A stretch of DNA of 48,077 nucleotides from Chiloscyllium plagiosum (taxonomy: Eukaryota), in the NCBI RefSeq assembly GCF_004010195.1, contig NC_057720.1, positions 15,404,196-15,452,272 of the forward strand, read 5' to 3'. Under the pieces are notes generated by a model that searched no databases, had not been told where the DNA came from, and worked only from the letters and a program-made list of their open reading frames with translations. Both the position numbers and the translations under genes were made by a program. Numbering within the stretch: the stretch's first letter is position 1; every line of letters begins with the position of its first letter. Shown piece by piece: positions 34,740 to 46,232 of the stretch.

Positions 34740-36045
34740 AGCAACTGGAGTTCAAGTAGGATCCTTACCCAGCCTCACCATTCAATAAGATCATGGCTGA
34801 CACGCACCCTGACCTCAACTCCTCTTTTATGTTAATTTTTCATAGCCCTCAACTCCCTGATATTTCAAAAATTCATCCAAATCCTTGCAATCAGAAGGAT
34901 ATTATTAAACTGTAGAAGGTTCAGGAAGGACTTACCAGGATGTTGCCAGGAGTAGAGGGCTTGAGTTATGAAAATAGGCTTCGTCGGCTGGGACTTTTTT
35001 TACTGGAGCATAGGAGGTTGAGGAGTGAAATTACTGAGGTTTATAAAATCATAAGGGGCAAGGATAAGGTGAATAGCAAAGGTCTTTTCCCTAGGTTGGG
35101 GGCGTTCAACACCGGGGGATGTGTTTTTACGGTGAGAGGAGAAAGTTTTCAAAAAAGACATGAGGTGGCAACTTTTTTAAACAGAGAGTTGTTCCTTTTG
35201 TGGAATGAACTGCCAGAGAAAGTAATGGATGTTGATACATTTAAAAGATATTTGGATGAGTACACGAATAGGCAAGATCTAGATGGACATAGGCTAAATG
35301 TGGGCAAGTGGGATTAGTTTAATTTGGGAACATGGTTGGCAGTTGGCCCGAAGGGTATTTCTCCACGCTGTATGACATTATAACTGTATAGATGCTTTCA
35401 GTGGTATGGCCCCCACAACTTTCCAAAGTAGAGAATCCCAATATTCAATACTCTCTTGGTGAAGGAATTCCTTTGATCTCAGTTTTAGATGAGTATCCCC
35501 TTTATTCTGTAATAATGCTCCCAAGTTCCAGACTTACCCATTAGTAGACACATCCGTTTGATATCTACCATATCAAACCTCAACTCATTTCAACAAGATC
35601 ACCCCTTATTCTTTTAAACTTTTGTGGATTAGTGTTGAATCTGTTTAGCTCTTCTTGCTAAGTCAGTCCCTTCACCCCAGGAATCAATCTACCAAATTTA
35701 TTTTAAACGATGTCCGATGCCAGTACATTCTTTCCTAAATACAAGGAGTAAAACTGCCCGTCCCAAAACGTTAACTTCTCCACCTCCTCATGCTACCTGG
35801 TTTGCTGTGTTCTCCAGCTTCTTGCTTGTCAACCATGGTACTCCAGGTACAGCCTCACTAACATGCAGTAGAGTTGTAACATGATTCCCCTATTTTTAAG
35901 CTTAAACTCACGAACAATAAAGGCTAAAATTCCACTTCATTTCTGAATTACTTGGTGTGCTTGCATCCTTATGTTTCATGTTTCATGCACAAGACACCCA
36001 GATCCCTCTGCATTGAACTGTTAAACCTTTTTCATTTAAATAACA
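34740..36045 (-). mobile_element. Old antisense CR1 (34740-34885 + 35390-36045) with later insertions
   Basis: caccattcaataagatcatggctga tail, gtagagaatcc, ctccaggtacagcctcac, gacacccagatccctctg; PLE piece at ~35760-35830. Confidence 0.72.
34890..35388 (+). mobile_element. CR1 LINE 3' fragment
   Basis: ORF 34940-35317 LPGVEGLSYENRLRRLGLFLLEHRRLR...WNELPEKV. Confidence 0.92.
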
Positions 36046-36067
36046 TGCTGCCTCTTCTATATTGTTC

Positions 36068-36254
36068 ATAGGATCATAGAATCATAGAACGCCTACAGTT
36101 TGGAAATAGGCCCTTTGGCCCAACAAGTCCACACCGACCCTCCAAAGAATAACCCCCAGAACCATTCCACTACCATAATACTCTATATTTACCCCTGACT
36201 AATGCACCTAACCTATACATCCTTGAACACTATGGGCAATTTAGCATGGCCAAT
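36068..36254 (-). mobile_element. HE1 SINE 3' half
   Basis: ggcccaacaagtccacaccgaccctcc...gggcaatttagcatggccaatt. Confidence 0.85.
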
Positions 36255-36309
36255 TATGAAACAAAGATTCAAAACCAGTAAGAAGTGATTGCTAGGTGTG
36301 CTGCAAAAT

Positions 36310-36760
36310 AACAGAATTCTGAAACTTGGACTATGTATAGACCTTTCATGAGTACCATCAATACAATTTTTGATGGGTTCTCTGCATCAGCTGGGAGGAC
36401 TAACATCAGTGTCCTTGAATGAGCCAGTAGCACCAGCGTTGAGGCCGTGATCATCTGAAACCAACTTTGTTGGGCTGGCCACGTGCTTAGGATGATTGAA
36501 TTCAGACTACTAAACCAAATCTTTGCCCAGTTCAAGGAAGGGACTTGAATGAAAGGAGGACAAAGGAAGCATTTCGAAGATTCCCTGAAGGCTTCCAACA
36601 AGAAGTGCAACATAAATGTGGACGCATGGGACACTCTGGTTCAGAAGAAACTGTCTTGGAGGTAACTCCTATATTGGAGGGACCCAACTCTTAGAGAATG
36701 CCAGCTGGCAAAGAGGAAGTGGAGAAAATAAGCCAGAGAAAGGAATGCCAAAGATCTCAA
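36310..36760 (+). mobile_element. RTE-clade LINE ORF C-terminal fragment
   Basis: With stops: SETWTMYR...NQLCWAGHVLRM...LLNQIF...GGQRKHFEDSLK...CNINVDAWDTL, matching RTE QLRWAGHVxRM and GGQRKRFKDxLK motifs. Confidence 0.8.
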
Positions 36761-37444
36761 GGCCAAGGACCAATTCCACCTCCTGGAGCTGCACCCATCC
36801 AGGCAAGTGGAGAGATTTCCATCACATTCCTGGAAACACATGCCAAATGTGGGGGTGATGCTGTAGCTCTAGAACCAGGCTGTTCATTCCCACAGGGATC
36901 CACAGAACTCATGAGCATTGACACCGAATTCTTGAGGTGGACATTAGCGAGTGATTGTCGATGGCAATCAAAGTGCATGACTTCAAATTTTTCCAGATTA
37001 AACCCAACCTGCCAGGTGTTTGGACCACTCACTCAACCTATCTATACTCCTCCTGCAGAGTCCTTATGTCCTGCACAGTTGTCAGCACAGATAAAGATAC
37101 AAAATTCATGTAACTTTGCTATATCCTGAATGCATGTTAAGAACGTACCTTCCATCACATAGTTCACCAGGAAATCTTGATTGACTTTGGGCCACTGTCT
37201 AACGCAACAATTAGATGGATGAGCCGCCATCCAACACTTATCCAGGTTTAAATGCCTTTATCAACTACTTGAGAAAAATTAAATAATTGTTAATTACAGG
37301 CTTACCACCGTTTCTCAAAACATTGCATTGCTATCATTTAATTACAATTTACTTATCTGCAAGTAAAGCAGGCATTTTGTCCAACTTTATAGAACAAGTA
37401 GAAAATTCAGCAGCATAAATTAGTTTGAGTCTGATTTTGTTCAC

Positions 37445-39690
37445 TTTTATTTTTATTCACTTGTGGGATGTGGGCATTGTTGACTGGGCCAGCACTTATT
37501 CTCCATGCCTTGTTACCCTTGAGAAGGTGAGCTGCAGGCCGTGTGCTGTAGGTTGACCCATAATGCCCGAAGGGAGGAAATTCTTGGATGCAGACCCACG
37601 ACAGTGAAGGAATGACAATATATTTCCAAGTCAGGATGGTGAGTGGCTTGGAGGGGAAATTGCAATTGGAGGTGTCCCATCTATCTGCTGCTCTTGTCCT
37701 AGATGGAAATGGTCATGGGTGTGGAAGGTCCTGTCTAAGGATCTTTGGTGAATTTCTGCAGTGCATCTTGTAGATAGGACACACCACTGTGACTGAGAGT
37801 CAGTGGTTGTGGATGGATGGATGTCTGTGGATGTGATGCCGATCTAGCGAGCTGCTTTGTCCTGGATGGTGTCAAGCTTTTTGTGTGTTGTGGGGGCTGT
37901 ACCCATCCAGACAAGTGGGGGGTATTCCATCACACTCCTGACTTGTGCCTTGTAGATGGTGGACAGGCTCTGGGGAGTCAAGAGGTGAGTTACTCATCAC
38001 AGTATTCCTAGGCTCTGACCTTTTCTTGCAGTCACTGTGTTTATATGGCAAGTCCAAGTGAGCTTCCAAAGGTAACCCCAAGGGTATTGGAAGTGGGGAA
38101 TTCACTGGTGGTAACACCATTGAATGTCAAGGGGCGGTGGTTAGATTGTCTCTTATTGGTGATCTACAAGGCACATCTACAAGTCACAAGTCAGGAGTGT
38201 AATGGAATACTCCCCACTTGCTTGGGTGGTGGGTGTTTGGAACCGGTTGCCAGCAGAGATGGTAGAGGCAGGTACGGTAGATTCATTTAAGATGCATCTG
38301 GACAGATGCATGAGTAGGTGGGGAGCAGAGGGAAACAAATGCTTAGGAATTGACTGACAGGTTTAGACAGTATATTTGGATCAGCTCAGGCTTGAGGGGC
38401 TGAAGGGCCTGTTCCTGGGCTGTAAATTTTCTTTGTTCTTTGTTCTTCTTTGGTGACGGTCATGGCCTGGCATTTGGTACTGGCCACTTGTCAGTCCAAG
38501 CCTCGATATTTTCCAGATATCAATACATTTGAACAAGGAGTGCTTCAGTTTCTGAGAAGTCATAAATGGTGCTGAACAATGTGCAGTCATCAGTGAACAT
38601 TCCCGATGGTTGGGTCTAGGACACTATCCATCTTCCTATGTACCAGATATGATCTAACCAGCGGAGACTTTGCTCCCTGATTCCTATTGATTCCAGTTTT
38701 GCCAGAGTTACTTGATGCCACATTTGATTGAAGCCTTGATGTCAATGGCTGTACTCTCACCTTCCCTCTGGAATTCAACTTTTTTTGTCCATGTTTGAAC
38801 CAAGGCTGTAATGAGATCAGGAGCTGAGTGGCCCTGGCAGAACGCAAACTGGGCGATACTGAGCAGGCTATTGCTGAGCAGGTTCCACTCGATGGCACTG
38901 TTGGTGACACCTTCCATCACTTTACTGATGATCAAGAGTAGACTGATGGAGTGGTAAACTGGCCAGATTAAAGTTGTCTTACGTTTTTTGTGCAGGATAT
39001 ACTTGAGCAATTTTCCACGTTGTCGGGTAGATGCCAGTGTTGTAACTGTACCAGAAGAGCTTGGCGAGGGGAATGGCAAGTTCTGGAGTACAAGTTTTCA
39101 GTACTATTGCTGGAATGTTGTCAGGCCCCATAGCCTTTGCAGTATCCAGTGTCTCCAACTGTTTGATGATATCACATGGAGTGAATTGAATTGGCTGAAG
39201 ACTGGTATCTGGACTGCTGAGGACAACTAGAGGAGACTGAGATGGATCAGCCACTTAGCACTTCTGACTGAAGATTGCTGTGAAAGCTTCAGCCTTATCT
39301 TTTGTACTGATGTGCTGTCCATCATTGAGGTTGGGGATATTTGTGGAGCCTTCTCCTCCAATGAGTTGTTTAATTGTCCATCACGATTCACGACTGGGTG
39401 TGGCAGGATTGCAGAGCTTAGATCTGATCAGTTGGTTGTGGGATCGCTAAGCTCTGCCTATCACTTGCTGCTTATGCTGTTTGGCATGCAAGTCATCCTG
39501 CTGGGAGGAGTTTAGCAGGTTGGCTTCTCATTTTCAGGAATGCCTGGTGCTGTTCCTTGCATGCCCTTCTGCAGTGAACCAGGATTGATCCCCTGGCTTG
39601 TCGGTAATGGTTGATTGGGGAAATGTTGGGCCATGAGGTTGCAGATTGTGCTGAAGAACAGTTCTGCTGCTTTTGTTGGCCCTCTTGGAT
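37445..39690 (-). mobile_element. Second CR1-group LINE (distinct from HER1), RT to 3' end, decayed
   Basis: KAMGPDNIPAIVLKTCTPELAIPLAKLF...YPTTWKIAQV; ISLLLIISKVMEGV...QFAFCQGHSAPDLITALVQTW; 3' tail at 37445-37530. Confidence 0.85.
38163..38449 (+). mobile_element. 5'-truncated CR1 tail with an inverted filler, 7-bp TSD
   Basis: ttggtga at both 38156-38162 and 38450-38456; CR1 tail ~38236-38449 ending (ttctttg)n; filler 38163-38232. Confidence 0.8.
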
Positions 39691-39694
39691 GCAC

Positions 39695-40018
39695 AGTCTT
39701 GTGGAAGATTCTAGAACCAGAGGGTATAATTGCAGAAGAGGGGGGGTCACATGTTTAAGAGACAGAGGAGAAGGAATTTCTTCTCTGAGAGCTTTGGGAA
39801 TCTGCGGAATTCTTTACTGCAGAGAACTGTTGCGATTGGGTGGTTAAGTATATTCAAGGATGGGATGGAGAGATTTTTGATCAGTGAGGGAAGCATGGGA
39901 AGAGGCGAGACAGTGAAGTTTAGAGTTATCGGATCAGCTAAGATCTCATTGAATGGTAGAGTAGACACAGTGAACTGAATGGACTACTTATTCTCTGCCA
40001 TCTTATTGTTTTATGATT
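39695..40018 (+). mobile_element. CR1 3' fragment
   Basis: RRNFFSE...LRNSLLQR...IFKDGMERFL; gaatggactactt tail. Confidence 0.8.
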
Positions 40019-40885
40019 TTCAGTCTTTCAGCCACCCTTGCAGGTTTTCTGATGCTACCTTCCAATATTGGCCTGTGTTTTGGCTGCTAATCATCCAGTT
40101 CCTATCTTTTAGCCCCTGTGGTGGCTCCCAAACCATCTCAACAAATGAATGAAATATAAAAGTTGGTCAATTTTTCTCCAAACCATGTCGCTAAATCCAC
40201 ACAGTGTTCAATCGAGATGGTGTGAGCTTGGTTACTGGGGAAGGAATAAAAAACATGTCCCAGGCACAAACAGTTTTTGGATTCAAACATCAGTTCTAAA
40301 CCTCAAACTTTAACTTGCCTGTTCCCTCTCCTCAGATGTTAACTCACCTACTGCATATTTCCAGCATTTTCTATTTTTGGTTCAGATTTCCAACACCGGT
40401 CATATTTTGCTTTATGAATAAAAATAAAACATTGTTTACTTGGCGTTCAATTAACTGTGCCCTGAAGAATTTCTTCCATGGTGTGTTATAAACATAAAGA
40501 AAACACATTAGTTGCTGCCTGAGGGGTGAATTGGTGTGCAGTAAATTTTTCAGAGAACTGAAATCAGAGATACGGCAATAAACCATGTATCCAGCTTGGA
40601 GAGAGCAAAAGGATTGTATATCACAATTCTTACACCTTTGCAGTTTAAACAGGTGTTTTCACCTAATTGAATGGCACTTAGTAAAAAAGCTTCAGCAAGC
40701 ACTTAACAGCACATTTTATTGATTTAAATAAGGCTTATTTTGAAAAAGAATGATAAATAATGTTTCACCTGTTTTAAATTTCTCGTATTGAGTGAACTGA
40801 GCTCTGGGCGAAACATTAAATAAAATCCATAGCAGCTTTTTCAGGACAGATAATTGGAGATATATCAGTCTACAGAAAAGATATA

Positions 40886-41030
40886 ATTCTGAAGAAGGGT
40901 CACTGGACTTGAAACATTAACTCTATTTTCTCTCCACATTTGCTACCAGACCTGTTGAGTTTCTCCATCAAGTTCTGTATTTATTTGTTTCAGATCTCCA
41001 GTATCCTTATGTTTTTATGTTCTTTGTTTT
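40886..41030 (+). mobile_element. PLE family C end beginning with a hammerhead motif
   Basis: CUGAAGA a GGGUC acug GACUU GAAA ca UU aac at 40889-40921, then the family C arm. Confidence 0.78.
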
Positions 41031-41034
41031 TCAA

Positions 41035-41442
41035 TTCATCCTGGTTTTTGTTCCCACTTGTGGAAGGTAGACGTCGCTGGATGGATCAGCATTTATTGCC
41101 CAGCCCTAGTTGCCCTTGAGAAGGTGGTGATGAGCTGCCATCTTGAGTCATTGCAGTCCATCTTGTACAGATAGACTCTCAAAAGTGTTAGGGACGGAGT
41201 TCCAGGATTTTAACAAAGTGACGCTGAAAGGATGGTGATATATTTCCGAGTCAGGATGGTGAGAGGCAAGGAGAGGAACTTGCATACACTCATGTGTTCC
41301 ATGTACCTGCTGCCCATGTTCTTCTGGATGGAAGTGGTCATGGGTTTGGAAGGTGTTATCTGAGGATCTTTGGTGAATTACTGCAGTGCATCATGTAGAT
41401 AGCACACACAGCTGCTACTGAGCATCATTAGTGGAAGGAGTG
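41035..41442 (-). mobile_element. 3' end of the second CR1-group LINE
   Basis: Homologous to 37445-37810 (cagcatttattgccc...cccttgagaaggtg, agtcaggatggtgag). Confidence 0.85.
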
Positions 41443-41942
41443 NNNNNNNNNNNNNNNNNNNNNNNNNNNNNNNNNNNNNNNNNNNNNNNNNNNNNNNNNN
41501 NNNNNNNNNNNNNNNNNNNNNNNNNNNNNNNNNNNNNNNNNNNNNNNNNNNNNNNNNNNNNNNNNNNNNNNNNNNNNNNNNNNNNNNNNNNNNNNNNNNN
41601 NNNNNNNNNNNNNNNNNNNNNNNNNNNNNNNNNNNNNNNNNNNNNNNNNNNNNNNNNNNNNNNNNNNNNNNNNNNNNNNNNNNNNNNNNNNNNNNNNNNN
41701 NNNNNNNNNNNNNNNNNNNNNNNNNNNNNNNNNNNNNNNNNNNNNNNNNNNNNNNNNNNNNNNNNNNNNNNNNNNNNNNNNNNNNNNNNNNNNNNNNNNN
41801 NNNNNNNNNNNNNNNNNNNNNNNNNNNNNNNNNNNNNNNNNNNNNNNNNNNNNNNNNNNNNNNNNNNNNNNNNNNNNNNNNNNNNNNNNNNNNNNNNNNN
41901 NNNNNNNNNNNNNNNNNNNNNNNNNNNNNNNNNNNNNNNNNN
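41443..41942. other. Assembly gap
   Basis: Run of N. Confidence 1.
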
Positions 41943-43692
41943 ATCCAGAGAAAGTATATTCCTGTCAGGGTGAAAGGGAAGGCTGGTAGGTACAGGGAAT
42001 GCTGGATGACTAAAGAAATTGAGGGCTTGGTTAAGAAAAAGATGGAAGCATATGTCAGGTATGGACAGGATAGATGAGTGAATCCTTAGAAGAGTATAAA
42101 GAAAGTAGGAGTATACTTAAGAGGGAAATCAGGAGGGCAAAACGGGAACATGAGATAGCTTTGGCAAATAGAATTAAGGAGAATCCAAATGGTTTTTACA
42201 ATATATTAACGACAAAAGGGTAACTAGCGAGAGAATAGGGCCCCTCAAAGATCAGCAAGGCAGCCTTTGTGTGGAGCCACAGAAAATGGGGGAGATACTA
42301 AATGAATATTTTGCATCAGTATTCGCTGTGGAAAAGGATATGGAAGATATAGACTGTAGGGAAATAGATGGTGACATCTTGCAAAATGTCCACATTACAG
42401 AAGAGGAAGTGCTGGATGTCTTGAAACGGTTAAAGGTGCATAACTCCCCAGGACCTGATCAGGTGTACCCGAGAACTCTGTGGGAAGCTAGAGAAGTGAT
42501 TGGTGGGCTTCTTGCTGAGATATTTGTGTAATCGATAGTCACAGGTGAGGTGCCGGAAGACTGAAGGTTGGCAAACGTGGTGCCACTGTTTAAGAAGGGC
42601 GGTAAAGACAAGCCAGGGAACTATAGACCGGTGAGCCTGACCTTGGTGGTGGGTAAGTTGGAGGGAATCCTGAGGGACAGGATGTACATGTATTTGGAAA
42701 GGCAAGGACTGATTCGGGATAGTCAACATGGCTTTATGCATGGGAAATCATGTCTCACAAACTTGATTAAGTTTTTTGAGGAAGTAACAAAGAAGATTTA
42801 ATGAGGGCAGAGCGGTAGATGTGATCTATATGGACTTCAGTAAGGCGTTCGACAAGGTTCCCCATGGGAGACTGATTAGCAAGGTTAGCTCTCATGGAAT
42901 ACAGGGAGAACTAGCCCTTTGGATACAGAACTGGCTCAAAGGTAGAAGGCAGAGGGTGGTGGTGTAGGGTTGTTTTTCAGACTGGAGGCCTGTGACCAGT
43001 GGAGTGCCAGAAGGATCGGTGCTGGGCCCTCTACGTTTTGTCATTTACATAAATGATTTGGATGCGAGTATAAGAGGTACAGTTATTAAGTTTGCAGATG
43101 ACACCAAAATTGGAGGAGTAGTGGACAACCTCAGATTACAACAGGATCTGGACCAGATGGGCCAATGGGCTGAGAAGTGGCAGATGGAGTTTAATTCAGA
43201 TAAATGCGAGGTGCTGCATTTTGGGAAAGCAAATCTTAGCAGGACTTATACACTTAATGGTAAGGTCCTTGGGAGTGTTGCTGAACAAAGAGATCTTGGA
43301 GTGCAGGTTCATAGCTCCTTGAAAGTGGAGTCACAGGTAGATAGGATAGTGAAGAAGGCGTTTGGTATGCTTTCCTTTATAGGTCAGAGTATTGAGTACT
43401 GGAGTTGGGAGGTCATGTTACAGCGGGGAAAGACATAAAAGAGACCTAAGGGGCAACTTTTTCATGCAGAGGGTGGTACATGTACGGAATGAGCTGCCAG
43501 AGGATGTGGTGGAGGCTGGTACAATTGCAACATTTAAGAGGCATTTGGATGGGTATATGAATAGGAAGGGTTTGGAGATGATGTGGGCCAGGTGCTGGCA
43601 GGTGGGACTAGATTGGGTTGGGATATCTGGTTGGCATGGACGGGTTGGACCGAAGGGTCTGTTTCCATGCTGTACATCTCTATGACTCTATA
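41943..43692 (+). mobile_element. Young CR1 (HER1-like) LINE, ORF2 RT to 3' end, non-functional
   Basis: SPGPDQVYPRTL, ANVVPLFKKGGKDKPGNYRPVSLT, QHGFMHGKSCLTNL, YINDLD, FADDTKIGG; stops, frameshifts and a large deletion at 43424/43425. Confidence 0.95.
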
Positions 43693-43798
43693 ACCTGAAA
43701 TAAAAAACCAACAACACTAACCATTCATTGCCTTTGAGTCCAATAATTCTAAACACCACCTGGAATGAGAGATTTTGATTTTGGATGAGCCCCCAATT

Positions 43799-45092
43799 TG
43801 TTATGGACCAGACCAAATCTCCTTAGAATTTATGAAGAAGAAGATCGCCTAGATTCTAACCTTTTCTTATTTAAAGGCAAGTGCCAGGCATTGTGTTCCA
43901 GATATGATCCAATTGGTCAAACTCCCAGTCTTGAAGCAAAAGATACTTTATTCATACATTCTAGTTAAAACGCAGCAAAAGAAAGAATTGGAATAACTTA
44001 ACTCTACCGCAAGGTGTAACAGAATAATAGATTAGTTAACTACTAAATAGTAACAGTTCCAATATAGTAACATCCCATAAACACACCCTTAGCAAAAGCA
44101 CTTTCAGTAAAATTGATTGTGTGATGGACTAAGCCAGACCACTCAAAACGTTCTTAAGCAGGCAGCTTAGACCATAACTTTGTAATTTGTTTCAGTAAGT
44201 GTACAGTGAAAATTACCCAGATTACATTAGTTAGGTTGACCACTAGATTTTAAAACAGACAAACATTTATTCATCAAATTACACAATGAAACACAAAGAA
44301 CAGAATAAAGGATCCCTACAGAACTCAACCTATCCAGCTCGACTTAGTTATGCTGTTCCAAGTGTACACAACAGTCTCAATAAGCAAACTCTCTTTAAAA
44401 ACCAGTATAAATGGACCACATGCTTCCAGGTTAAAGTTGAAGAGCAGAAAAGAGAGAGAGAGCTTCCACACAGCTCCCTGTTGAATTTCTTACCAGATCA
44501 AGACTGAACTAAAACTGCTCAGCTCAGCTAGAGAGTTGACCACTCCCCTTTCATTATACAGGTCGCTTCTAAAACATGACCACTTTGGCCTGAAGTCTCA
44601 TCTGTTTACATATAAACAAAAGGCCTCCCAAAATCCTTTTAATCTCTGTACCAACCCAGACTGATTGGAGCCCGGCCCGGTTTATTGCCCCTCTTAAAAA
44701 GAAAATCAAGGACAGAGTCTCCTTGAGCCAAGGAACAGCTTTTATGGAAAAAAAGACCAGTTTTGTGACAGTTGTCTCACATACAGTTCTAGCAGCAGGA
44801 AGAGAACCCCAGCTTTTTGCTGGAACAGAGAGAGGAATAAAAGCTTCAACATCCAGCTTTAAGACTCTGACCGCTACTGAAGTCTAGAACAAAACAAAAC
44901 TCCTGGTTCTGTGGGAGTGTGACTCCTGCACTTCAGGCTGCTTCTCTAGTTCCAACTTAAAAAATAACCCAAGGCCTCACAAGCTGTTTACTTTGTTGGC
45001 TTTGGAACAGACTGCTCAGTACCTCTGTACCAATCTTCCTTCATTAAAAAACCAGGACCACATACATCTCTTCAGACCATATGATCATCACA
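43799..45092 (-). mobile_element. Solo LTR (outer; 43799-44119 + 44775-45092)
   Basis: Termini tgttatg...catcaca (6/7 inverted match); minus-strand AATAAA near 43947; TSD ambiguous. Confidence 0.65.
44120..44770 (-). mobile_element. Solo LTR (inner) nested in the outer LTR
   Basis: TG...CA ends (tgtgatggac...gtgaca); attg/gttg 4-bp TSD; start resembles the outer LTR (tgttatggaccagacc vs tgtgatggactaagccagacc). Confidence 0.72.
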
Positions 45093-45096
45093 ACTC

Positions 45097-45338
45097 CGAT
45101 TGAATGATAGATATTGACCAGGAGTAACTCCCTTGCTCTCCTATAAAATAACACTGTGGATTTTTTGTTGATTTCCTGGTGGGTCGGTCCTTGGTTTAAT
45201 ACCTTATCCAGAAGACAGCACCCCAAACAATACAGCATTCTTTGAGTACTGCATGGAGTATCAACCTTGTTTGGATGTACTTAAGCACTGAAACCTTCTG
45301 AATCTCAGGTAAAAGTATTATCAAGTGAGCCACAAGCT
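45097..45338 (-). mobile_element. Deu-domain SINE (SacSINE1/AmnSINE-related)
   Basis: ccttggtttaataccttatccagaagacagcacc resembles the reverse complement of the Deu core ggtgccgtctttcggatgagacgttaaaccgagg; tRNA-like head at the right end. Confidence 0.65.
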
Positions 45339-45414
45339 TATACTATAGTATAGCAAGGGATTGAAACTTCTCTATACTATCACACATATCCACAGTCTTA
45401 AACACCTCTATTGT

Positions 45415-45630
45415 GGCCACGCCCAAGCCTTTGATTTTCAAGAGAAAAGAGATTTAGCTAATTTTTTCACTAAGACCTGGAGCACACGTTGCATCGTGGT
45501 GAGCAGCGGCGTCAGCCATTTTGAAGCATTGGCCTAACTTGGTGATGAACCATTGGCACAAGTTGAGCACTGATTGGCGTCTTGTCACTAGAGGTGGAGT
45601 TATGTGGGATGGAGGGGTGAGGGGGTGTGA
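45415..45630 (-). promoter_or_regulatory. Promoter/enhancer-like motif cluster
   Basis: GGCCACGCCC at 45415-45424; YY1-type GCCATTTTG at 45515-45523; ATTGG at 45528, 45552 and 45573; CTCF-like tcactagaggtggag at 45585-45599; CACCC boxes; local CpGs. Confidence 0.4.
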
Positions 45631-46096
45631 AGGTGACTTAATCTGTAAGGAACGTGTTGGATGCCTCGTGTATGCAAGGCTTTTAATGAGGTGCAGGAAG
45701 AGCAATGATGCTCATTCTACCTGTTGCTAAATGTTTCTCCTAAACCAAGGTCTGCTAGTATGGATTACATCAATCCAAATGTTGATGGTAGCTGCTTTCT
45801 CTACGCTGGGACGCTGCAGAAAAATGAGTTCTACAATGCAGAGGGACATGTGTTCCAAGAGTAAGATGGCTCTTGATATAATTATGGTTACAAACGGTTT
45901 TTAAATATATTCCTGGAGGTACCATCATGTGACATGCCATTAGTCATCCAACAGTTGATCTAAGTTTGATTGGAAAGTGAAAATTACTGTTATCCAATAT
46001 CATGAGACTTCATTGTCAGGCCTTTTATTTTACATTTAGCTCATATTCAATATTTTTATATCTGGTAAATAGAAATGTTGAAAGTAAATATGTAGA

Positions 46097-46232
46097 CATT
46101 TGCTGATGACACCACCATAGTGAGTTGGATCATAAACAATAACAAGACAGAGATTGAGAGCTTAGTGGGATGGTGTAAAGACAACAGACTCTCCCTCAGT
46201 GTCAGCAAAATGAAACAACTGGTCATCGACTT
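46097..46232 (+). mobile_element. Rex1/Babar-type RT fragment
   Basis: FADDTTIVSWIINNNKTEIESLVGWCKDNRLSLSVSKMKQLVID. Confidence 0.8.

Noticed and set aside
42271..43685. Cluster of ORFs that could be a functional reverse transcriptase gene
   Set aside because: Broken by stops, frameshifts and a large deletion; a dead CR1 copy.
45819..45865. Possible 41-nt exon cag|AAAAATGAG...CAAGA|gtaaga (KNEFYNAEGHVFQ)
   Set aside because: Weak polypyrimidine tract, unrecognised peptide and no partner exons; such sites occur by chance.
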